A stretch of DNA of 64,000 bases from an uncultured delta proteobacterium. GTDB taxonomy: Bacteria > Myxococcota_A > Polyangia > Haliangiales > Haliangiaceae. A program made the position numbers and the translations under genes. Positions 35,627 to 42,992 of this stretch are shown here, one piece after another. How positions within the stretch are numbered: position 1 is the first letter of the stretch; each line of letters opens with the position of its first letter. The notes under the pieces are model-generated. The model did no database searches. It saw only the letters and a list, made by a program, of their open reading frames with translations, and had not been told where the DNA came from. The stretch is taken from NCBI GenBank assembly GCA_963848295.1, contig CAWKDB010000010.1, positions 3,584,001 to 3,648,000 of the forward strand, given 5' to 3'.

Positions 35627-36088
35627 TCAGCAGGACGAGCTGCGCGGCGGACCGCGCGCGGCGGCGGTCGGCGTCGAGATCGAGGTCAGCGAAGCGAGCG
35701 ACTGCACCGAGAACCGGAGCTCGGGCGGATCGATCGGCAACGGCTGGTGAAGCGGTGGCGGCGCGGGCACGGCCGCGACGCCGTGGTGCGCGAGGCTGCC
35801 AGCACCGTGCTGGAGCGCGGCCCGTAGGCGCGCGCGGCTATCGATTCCGCGTGGCGCGACCGCAGCTGGATCGAACCCGTCGATATGGGTATGGCAGTGA
35901 GCGACCGAGCTGTGACAGTGACCCTCGTCGAGGATCATCGCACCGCTCGCGTCGTGATGGTGTGGCGCGAGGTGGTCGTGGATCGCGACGTGCGCCCATG
36001 GCATCACTTCGAAGCCGAGCAGCCACAGCATGCACGCCAACAGCGCATGCCGTGCCCGCCGGTTAGCCGCGCGCGCCGCGCTAGTCAC
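35627..36088 (-). CDS. His-rich leader protein with a C-terminal RGPP motif (DUF2946/CruR-like)
   Basis: N-terminal hydrophobic segment, 11 His in 36 residues, Pro-rich linker and ARGPPRSSSC-stop; directly upstream of the TonB-dependent receptor. Confidence 0.75.
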   Translation of the reverse strand: MTSAARAANRRARHALLACMLWLLGFEVMPWAHVAIHDHLAPHHHDASGAMILDEGHCHSSVAHCHTHIDGFDPAAVAPRGIDSRARLRAALQHGAGSLAHHGVAAVPAPPPLHQPLPIDPPELRFSVQSLASLTSISTPTAAARGPPRSSSC

Positions 36089-36205
36089 GCCGACTCGATA
36101 ACACAGGTGTCGACCCTCACGCCGGAGGTACGACGCTCGATCGCCTCCGGATCGGATCGAATCCCCCGCAAGTCGGAGCGGTTAGCCCCCCCCGGAACGA
36201 GTTGG

Positions 36206-36628
36206 TCAGCCCTTCGCCAGCTCGTGTAGCACCGCCTCGAGCTCGGCAGGTCTCACCGGCTTCGTGAGGTACGCATCGATCGCCTCGCGCGCGCAGAACC
36301 CATCCGGTTCGTCGACTGCCGACAACACCACGACCGCGAGCATCACGCCGCACACCTTCGCGCGTTCGCGGAACCGCGTCCCGAGCCCGGTGCGCTCGTC
36401 GCTGCGCGTATACCACTCGTAGATCACCACGTCGGGGACGTAGGTGTCGATCGCGCAGAGCGCCGCGCTCGTCGTGCTCACCGCGTGGCAGTCGTGGCCG
36501 AGCAAGCTCAACATGTGGCGCATCACTTCGCGCGAGCCCTCGTGATCCTCGAGCATCAGGATGCGATGGCGAACCGGCGCGTCGCCGCTCGCGGAGCTGC
36601 GCCGCGGCTTGGGCAGGTCTTGAGTCAT
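36206..36628 (-). CDS. Single-domain response regulator receiver
   Basis: ILMLEDH, PDVVIYE, VVLSA and YLTKPV. The usual phospho-Asp position appears to be Glu. Confidence 0.75.
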   Translation of the reverse strand: MTQDLPKPRRSSASGDAPVRHRILMLEDHEGSREVMRHMLSLLGHDCHAVSTTSAALCAIDTYVPDVVIYEWYTRSDERTGLGTRFRERAKVCGVMLAVVVLSAVDEPDGFCAREAIDAYLTKPVRPAELEAVLHELAKG

Positions 36629-36705
36629 GATTCCCCTCGTCCCCGACGAAATGGTACCTCACAAGTTGGTGTTTCTGTGCCGTTATCGGTTCGACCGTCC
36701 AGTTC

Positions 36706-37002
36706 GTGCGGCTCGATCCCTATCGCGTGGTCCGCTGGGTGGGCGGACGCGTCGCCGAGCGCCGGCGCGCGTACGGCTTGACGCAGGAGCAACTCGCGGA
36801 GCGGCTGGACGTCTCGATCAAGTATCTGCAACGCCTCGAGGCGGGTGACGAGAATCTGACGATCCGCTCGGTGGTCGGCATCGCGAACGCGCTCGACGTC
36901 CACCCGAGTTATTTGCTGAGATCCCCGCGCACGGTCGCGCGGCGTGCGCCGGGCCGTCCCAAGAAAGCGCGAGCTCGCCGCGGCCCGAAACCGGCGACCT
37001 AG
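36706..37002 (+). CDS. XRE-family HTH transcriptional regulator
   Basis: GLTQEQLAERLDVSIKYLQRLEAG...NLT...IANALDV. Confidence 0.88.
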   Translation: MRLDPYRVVRWVGGRVAERRRAYGLTQEQLAERLDVSIKYLQRLEAGDENLTIRSVVGIANALDVHPSYLLRSPRTVARRAPGRPKKARARRGPKPAT

Positions 37003-37004
37003 AG

Positions 37005-38117
37005 CTATGGCGAGATCACGCGGACGTGGTTGAACGGGCTGCCGTCGCCGACGTTGCCATCTGCGACGACGATGCGCGTGCCATCCGAAGACACATCGAG
37101 GCCTTCGACGCCGTCGAACTGCGCTTGCATCGGATCGTCCGAGTCCATCCAGCCCATCGTCCCCGAGCCAGCGATCGTCTGCACCGAGGCGCCCGCGCCG
37201 AGGATGAGCTTGCGCACGTCGTGGCCGCCGCCCTCGCTGATGTACAGCGCGCCTAGCGCGTCGGTCGTCAGCCCTTTGGGTTCGTCGAACGACGCGATCG
37301 CCAGGCTGCCATCGGCGGTGCCGGGAACGCCCGGCATGCCCGCGATGTCGGTGACGACTCCCGCGAGCGTGACGTTGCGGATCAGATGATTCTCCGCGTC
37401 CGACACCGCGAGGTCGCCGGTCTGGAGCAGCGCGATGTCCCACGGCTGGTCGAACTGCGCGGCGCTGCCGGTGCCGACCGCGTAACCGGGCACGTCCATC
37501 ATGCCAGCGAGCACGGTCACCGTCGGGGGCGACTGCGACGGGTCGAGCAACTCGATCACGTGGTGCTCGTAGTCCGCGAGCGCGATCTGGCCGTTGCCGA
37601 GCAGCGCCATTCCGCGCGGTCGGCCGATATCGCGCACGATCACGGTCGCGGTTCCGGTCGATGGATCGACCTGCCAGATCGTCCCGCTGTTGATCGAGAG
37701 GTTGCCTTGGTCGTCGCCGTCGGTCTCGACCCACAGCGTGCCTGTGCTCGAGAGCTGCAAGCCGAACGGACGGACGAAGTCCGGACGCGATACGAGCGTG
37801 GTCACCGTCCCGTCGGTCTCGACCTTGCGCAGCAAGCCGTCGTCGAAGTCGGCGACGTAGGCCACCCCGCTCGGACCGAGCGCGACGTTGACGGGGTTCG
37901 AGAACAGCCCGTAGTCGCGCGGACCATTCGCGGTGCCGGCGACGTCGCACCCGGACAGCGTCGCGACCTTGAGCGACAGCGCGGGCAGCGTGCACGACAA
38001 CGCCGCATCGCCACCGCCGTCGCCCGCGTGACCGTCGCCGATCCCGCCGTCGGTCGTCGCATGACTCGAGCCACAAGCGGTCAACACCAGGCTAACGAGA
38101 GCGCACTGATTCGACAT
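37005..38117 (-). CDS. NHL-repeat beta-propeller lipoprotein
   Basis: Lipobox LTAC; repeats FSNPVNVA, FDQPWDIA and FDEPKGLT. Confidence 0.82.
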   Translation of the reverse strand: MSNQCALVSLVLTACGSSHATTDGGIGDGHAGDGGGDAALSCTLPALSLKVATLSGCDVAGTANGPRDYGLFSNPVNVALGPSGVAYVADFDDGLLRKVETDGTVTTLVSRPDFVRPFGLQLSSTGTLWVETDGDDQGNLSINSGTIWQVDPSTGTATVIVRDIGRPRGMALLGNGQIALADYEHHVIELLDPSQSPPTVTVLAGMMDVPGYAVGTGSAAQFDQPWDIALLQTGDLAVSDAENHLIRNVTLAGVVTDIAGMPGVPGTADGSLAIASFDEPKGLTTDALGALYISEGGGHDVRKLILGAGASVQTIAGSGTMGWMDSDDPMQAQFDGVEGLDVSSDGTRIVVADGNVGDGSPFNHVRVISP

Positions 38118-38176
38118 AAGGGCGATCATAGGAGTGCGCGTCGTTGGTCGCAACGTGCGCACAGCGCGTCCGACGC

Positions 38177-39445
38177 TCACGGCGTGATTCCGTCACGTGC
38201 GAGCTCGCTCGCTGTCGCTTCGCTCGCGTGAGCGGGTGTGGCGTACCAGCCCGGATCGCCATCGCCGGTGAGCCGTTCGCGGATCTTGACGAGGGTGAAC
38301 ATGCCACCCATGTCGATCGCGCCGAACGGCCCTTTACCGCCGACCATCGCGATCGAGCCCTTCGGGATGTCCATCGCCATCGCGCCGCCGATCCCGGCCG
38401 ACCCGAATACCATCGCACCCGGAACGACGCGATCGAGCTTCGCATCGAGACCGCGCGTGTCGGCGCCGATCATGTTCGCGGCGTCGTGACCCATCTGGTT
38501 CATCGTGTGATGGGTCATGTGGCAGTGGATCGGCCAATCGCCGGGCGCGCGCGCCTCGAATTCGATCACACGCACCGCGCCGGTCGGGACGAGCACGGTG
38601 GTTTCGGGAAACCGCGCCGACGCCGGCACCGCGCCACCGTCGGTGGCGACGACCTCGAACGCGTGGCCGTGCAAATGGATCGGATGGTGGTCCATCGGTC
38701 CGAGGTTGCCAAACCGGATCCGCACGAGGTCGCCGAGCTCGGCGACGAGCGGCTCGGTCGCGGGAAACGCCTTGCCGTTGAACGTCAGCACGTTGAAGTC
38801 GTTCATCGCGAGCGGATCCGGGCGGTGGGCACCGATCGGGATCTTCCACTCGTGTGCGAACAACGCGTAGTCGCGCACGCGGCGGGATTCGCCACCGCGC
38901 GGATGGACGACGATCATGCCCATCACACCGAGCGCGATCTGGGTCATGTCGTCGACGTGCGGGTGATACATGTACGTGCCCGCGCGCGCGAACGTGAGCT
39001 CGTACTTGAACGTCGCGCCCGGCGCGATCGGCGGTTGAGTCAAGCCGGCGACACCGTCCATCCCGTTCGGCACCGCCACGCCATGCCAGTGCACGGAAGT
39101 GGCCTCGGGCAGCTTGTTCGTGACGTAGATCCGGACGCGATCGCCTTCGTCGACCTCGATCAGCGGGCCCGGAGTCGTGCCGTTGTAGCCCCACGCGGCG
39201 ATCTCGAGACCGGGCGCGATCTCGTGCCGGACCGGCTCGGCGGTGAGGTGAAACACCTTGGCATCGCCGACGCGCTTCGCGGCGAGCGTCGAGCCGTTGG
39301 GTACGGTCACGCCGGTGCTGCGGGCCTCGTGCGCGCGGGGGCTCGCAGCCTTATCGGCTGGCGCGGCGGCGGCGACACGCCGAGCGGCGAGCGCGGCACC
39401 GGCGGCGAGCGTGGACGACAACATCGTGCGGCGGCTGACGGTCAT
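38177..39445 (-). CDS. Tat-exported two-domain multicopper oxidase
   Basis: SRRTML Tat signal; HWHG, MYHPH, HPIHLHGH and HCHMTHHTMNQM. Confidence 0.92.
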   Translation of the reverse strand: MTVSRRTMLSSTLAAGAALAARRVAAAAPADKAASPRAHEARSTGVTVPNGSTLAAKRVGDAKVFHLTAEPVRHEIAPGLEIAAWGYNGTTPGPLIEVDEGDRVRIYVTNKLPEATSVHWHGVAVPNGMDGVAGLTQPPIAPGATFKYELTFARAGTYMYHPHVDDMTQIALGVMGMIVVHPRGGESRRVRDYALFAHEWKIPIGAHRPDPLAMNDFNVLTFNGKAFPATEPLVAELGDLVRIRFGNLGPMDHHPIHLHGHAFEVVATDGGAVPASARFPETTVLVPTGAVRVIEFEARAPGDWPIHCHMTHHTMNQMGHDAANMIGADTRGLDAKLDRVVPGAMVFGSAGIGGAMAMDIPKGSIAMVGGKGPFGAIDMGGMFTLVKIRERLTGDGDPGWYATPAHASEATASELARDGITP

Positions 39446-40767
39446 GGCGCCTCGGGGGCAGATGGTTCGAGCATCGCGCCGCGACCGAGCGCGGTTGCCT
39501 CGGAGCTGGCGTTCCAGTAGCGGCGGACCGCGTCGAGATAGTCGCGCGAGGCGTCGACGAGGCCCTGGCGCGCGAGGATCAGCTGGAACGGATCGGCATC
39601 CATCGCGTTGTAGTGAAGCAAGGTCTCGTCGACGATCTGCTGGCGCAGCGGCAGCACGATGTCGCGCAGGTGGCGGGCCTCGGCGTACGCGGCGAGCGCG
39701 GCGATGCGGACCGCGCGGGCGCGCGCGCGGAGCTCGACGGCGACCGCTTCGGTCTCGTGCTCGGCGTGGTGCAGCTCGGCGGCGGCACGCGCGCGCGGGC
39801 CTTGGCGTTGATCGAACAGCGGCAGGCCGAGGCGGATCGCCGGGCCGAGCTCGGCTCCAGCGTCGCGGTCGATCACCGACGCGCCGACGCCGAGCTCGGG
39901 CACGAACGCTCGCATCCGCTCGACGCCGAGCGTGTTCGCGGCGGCCTCGGCGTGGGCGCGTTCGGCGACGAGCTGGAGGCTCGCCGCGACCGCGGTGGTC
40001 TCGAGCGCGTCGAGCTGCGGCGGCTCGAGCGGGAGCTCGCGCAGCGTGCCGGTCGCGGTCCACTTTGTCCGGTCGCCGGACAACCCGAGCAAGGCGTTCA
40101 GCGCTTCGCGCCGCAGCTCGATCGCCGCTTCGGCGCGGCCGAGCGCGATCCGAGCGTATTCGCGCGCATCGCGATCGCGCGCTTGTGCGAGGTCGGTCGT
40201 GTTGCCGGCGGCGTGCATGCGCTCGCGCAGCGTCGCGGCGGCATCCGCGGCGTCGAACGCGGTGCGCCGGAGCTCGAGCTCCTGCTGCGCCGCGAGCAGG
40301 TCGTGCCACGCGATCTCGACGCGCGCCGCGAGCTGGACCGCCGCGGCTTCGGCGGTCGCGCGAGCGGCCGCGATGTCGGCGTGCGCGGCGGCGCGGCGGC
40401 GGGGCATCTCGATCAGGCCCAAGACCGGCTGGATCGCGTCGAGCTCGTACTCGTGATCGTGGGCGCCGAACCGCAGCTGGACGTCGACCGCGGTCGGACC
40501 GAGCACGGTCGCGGCCGCGAGCTCGCTACCGGCGATGCCGAGCTCGTCGAGCGCCGCGGCGAGCCGGGGGCTGGCCGCGAGCGCGATCCGCACCGCCGCG
40601 GTTTCATCGACGGGCTTGGCGAGCAGCACATCGATCTCGGACGCGGGCACTCGCGGCGCGCCGAGGTCGCGCTCGAGGTCCGAGTCGATCGGCGCGCGCA
40701 GCTCGCGAGCGCTCGGGACGCAGCCGAGCCACAGCGCGCACGCGACCGTCGCGGCGCGGGTCGTCAT
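39442..40767 (-). CDS. TolC-family lipoprotein associated with copper resistance
   Basis: Lipobox WLGC; LPLFDQRQG and ETLLHYNAM; coupled to the multicopper oxidase gene. Confidence 0.85.
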   Translation of the reverse strand: MTTRAATVACALWLGCVPSARELRAPIDSDLERDLGAPRVPASEIDVLLAKPVDETAAVRIALAASPRLAAALDELGIAGSELAAATVLGPTAVDVQLRFGAHDHEYELDAIQPVLGLIEMPRRRAAAHADIAAARATAEAAAVQLAARVEIAWHDLLAAQQELELRRTAFDAADAAATLRERMHAAGNTTDLAQARDRDAREYARIALGRAEAAIELRREALNALLGLSGDRTKWTATGTLRELPLEPPQLDALETTAVAASLQLVAERAHAEAAANTLGVERMRAFVPELGVGASVIDRDAGAELGPAIRLGLPLFDQRQGPRARAAAELHHAEHETEAVAVELRARARAVRIAALAAYAEARHLRDIVLPLRQQIVDETLLHYNAMDADPFQLILARQGLVDASRDYLDAVRRYWNASSEATALGRGAMLEPSAPEAP

Positions 40768-40994
40768 GAACCCGGCTTGCCGGTTCCAGGCATGCCGGGC
40801 ATGTGATGGTGCTCCGGCTCGGGCGTGGTGCGCAGCGCCGGAACGTCCGGATACGTCACGACGTGCTCGCGCAGCGACGGTGGCGGTCCGGCGAGTCGAC
40901 CGGCGGCGGCGTGCGGGCTCGCTGGATTCGGCGCGGCGAGCTCGGGCGCCGACACCGCGCAACCGACGAGCGCTAGCAACATCACCGCGCGCAT
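40764..40994 (-). CDS. Small lipoprotein with a His/Met-rich tail
   Basis: MRAVMLLALVGC...NPASP...EHHHMPGMPG; overlaps both neighbours. Confidence 0.7.
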   Translation of the reverse strand: MRAVMLLALVGCAVSAPELAAPNPASPHAAAGRLAGPPPSLREHVVTYPDVPALRTTPEPEHHHMPGMPGTGKPGS

Positions 40995-41419
40995 CACATC
41001 GCCATCTTGCACGTGCCACTCGCGAGGTGAGACGCGTGCATCTTCACCTCGCTCTGGATCGCCGCGACATCTTCGGGCGTGCCCGCGACGAACGAGATCG
41101 TGACGCGATGATCGCCAGCGCGCGCCGTCGCAGTCGCGGTCGGAGTCTCGATCATGTCGACGAAGCGCGTTCCGCCGGGGTGACGATCGTGGAGCGCCGT
41201 GGCGAACGCCTGCGCACGCGCGAGCACCTGCGCGACGTCGCCTGTGGTCACGAACACGAGCTCGACGCCATCCGGCGGGGTCTCGACGGTGACCGATGTA
41301 CCGGGCACGCTCACTGGACACGTCGGATCGTCGAGTGGCGCGGCCGCAGGTTCGTGGGTGGCGGGCGGCGAGCCTCCGCACGCGGCGATCAGCGCGACTG
41401 CGGCAAGCCGATACGACAT
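40994..41419 (-). CDS. Hypothetical lipoprotein (possible metal binding)
   Basis: Lipobox IAAC; CPVSVPG...MHASHLASGTCKMAM. Confidence 0.7.
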   Translation of the reverse strand: MSYRLAAVALIAACGGSPPATHEPAAAPLDDPTCPVSVPGTSVTVETPPDGVELVFVTTGDVAQVLARAQAFATALHDRHPGGTRFVDMIETPTATATARAGDHRVTISFVAGTPEDVAAIQSEVKMHASHLASGTCKMAM

Positions 41420-41435
41420 GGCGCTTGTATATCAC

Positions 41436-42002
41436 TCACGCGCGGACAGTTCTCCCGGCGGTGACCCATCCCGTGATCCCACCGGCGATCAGGCCGACGA
41501 CGACCCCGGCGGCGCCGCCGAGTCCGGTCGTGCCGCAGCCGAGCAAGCCGGTGAGCGCTGCGCTCGCGATCGCCGCGGCGCCGAACGTGCGCGGGCGCGG
41601 ATCGTGAACGGCGAATTGCCCGACGAACGCGCCGACCAACGAGCTCGTGCCGAAGCACACGATCATGCACAGCCACGTCGGGTTCGATGCGCAGGTCTCG
41701 CACGCCGGCCCGAGCGTGCCGTGACTCGCGGCGAACACGAGCGCGGGCGCGACGAGCGGCGGCAGGCCGGCGATCACACCGGCGAGCGCGCCGCGTCGGG
41801 CGGCACCGCCGCGCCAACCGAGCGCCGCGAGCGTCGCACCTAGCACGGCGACGAGCGGCCAGGTCGCGCTCGACGTGCGATGCAACGCGAATGCGATCAC
41901 GGCGAGCGCCGCGGCGATCGCGAGCCCGCGGACGGCAGAGCGGACGTGCGCGCGTTCGTACGCGGACCGCGCGCGGGAGAGAGCGAGCTCAGAGCGTGCC
42001 AT
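41436..42002 (-). CDS. Multi-pass membrane protein with CxxC; putative anti-sigma factor
   Basis: Overlaps the ECF stop; several TM helices; ACETCASNPTWLCMIVC and LLGC. Confidence 0.65.
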   Translation of the reverse strand: MARSELALSRARSAYERAHVRSAVRGLAIAAALAVIAFALHRTSSATWPLVAVLGATLAALGWRGGAARRGALAGVIAGLPPLVAPALVFAASHGTLGPACETCASNPTWLCMIVCFGTSSLVGAFVGQFAVHDPRPRTFGAAAIASAALTGLLGCGTTGLGGAAGVVVGLIAGGITGWVTAGRTVRA

Positions 42003-42579
42003 GGCGTGACCTCCACGACGTGCGAAGTCGCGCGAGCGCGCGTTCGAGTCGCTTGCGAAACGTGGCGGGCGCGAGCGAGCGGCGCAGCTCGTCGTCGTCG
42101 CCGATCACCGCGAAGATGATCTCGCGATCGTGCGGCGCGAGCGTGTCGAGAGTAGCCAACGCCGCGCGCACGAGCTCGTGTTCTTCGGCGAGCGCCGCGC
42201 CATCGATGGCCGGGACCTGCGCCCGGTCGGCAGCGCCGCCGAAGGGCAGCGCGGTTGGATCGACCGAGCCGGCGTCGACCGCGGCTGCGAGCTGTTCGCC
42301 GCGGCGCTGCGTGCGCCGCCGCGCCGTGCGCGCTTGCCACGTCGCGATCGCGAACGCCCAGGTCAGCGCATCGCGCTCGCGGTCGAAGCGATCGAGCTGA
42401 CCGAACAACCGGACGACCGTCTCCTGCGCGCAGTCCTCGGCGAGGCTCCCGTCGCCGACGAGTCGCGTCGAGTATGCGACGAGCAGCGGCCACAGCGCAT
42501 GAAATAGCGGATCGATCGCAGCGCGGTCGCCATCGGCGGCCGCGATGAGCAAGCGCTGTAGCTCGGCGCGATCGATCAC
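41989..42579 (-). CDS. ECF sigma factor
   Basis: AADGDRAA, LAEDCAQET, FDRERDALTWAFAIA and RKRLERALARLR. Confidence 0.85.
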   Translation of the reverse strand: MIDRAELQRLLIAAADGDRAAIDPLFHALWPLLVAYSTRLVGDGSLAEDCAQETVVRLFGQLDRFDRERDALTWAFAIATWQARTARRRTQRRGEQLAAAVDAGSVDPTALPFGGAADRAQVPAIDGAALAEEHELVRAALATLDTLAPHDREIIFAVIGDDDELRRSLAPATFRKRLERALARLRTSWRSRHGTL

Positions 42580-42588
42580 GTCACGGTA

Positions 42589-42735
42589 TCAGTGATGGTT
42601 GCACAGCGGGCAGTGCGCGCAATCCGGGCAATTCGGGCAACACGACCCCGAGCACGGCGTGCTGCGCTTTGCCGCATACGCGGCGACCGGGACGAGCAAG
42701 AAGGCAGCGACGGCGATTCGACGGATGTGCTTCAC
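42589..42735 (-). CDS. 48-aa exported Cys/His-rich peptide, metallothionein-like (absent from the ORF track)
   Basis: Translated by hand from GTG 42735: MKHIRRIAVAAFLLVPVAAYAAKRSTPCSGSCCPNCPDCAHCPLCNHH-stop. Confidence 0.8.
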   Translation of the reverse strand: MKHIRRIAVAAFLLVPVAAYAAKRSTPCSGSCCPNCPDCAHCPLCNHH

Positions 42736-42771
42736 ATCCGATATAGGCGCGAGCCAGGCGATCCGTGACCG

Positions 42772-42972
42772 CTAGCTCGCGGTGGCCGCATATCCGGCCG
42801 CTTCGACCGCCGCGACCAGCTGTGCCGGGTCGGCCTCGCCGGTGACGGTCGCGCGGTGCTCCGCGAGGTCGACCTCGACCGCCGAGACGCCGGAGACCGC
42901 GCGCAGGGCTCGGTCGACGTGGCGCACGCAGTTGTTGCAGGTCATTCCCTCGATGCGCAACGTGGTAGTCAC
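42772..42972 (-). CDS. copZ: Copper chaperone (HMA domain)
   Basis: IEGMTCNNCVRHV...AVEAAGY; 66 aa. Confidence 0.9.
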   Translation of the reverse strand: MTTTLRIEGMTCNNCVRHVDRALRAVSGVSAVEVDLAEHRATVTGEADPAQLVAAVEAAGYAATAS

Positions 42973-42992
42973 CTAAGGGACCGTAGCACCAC

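Noticed and set aside
36620..36645. Additional copy of the 25-bp repeat (minus strand GGGGACGAGGGGAATCATGAC)
   Set aside because: It lacks the TGTCAAC end and is explained as the ribosome-binding site and start of the receiver gene.
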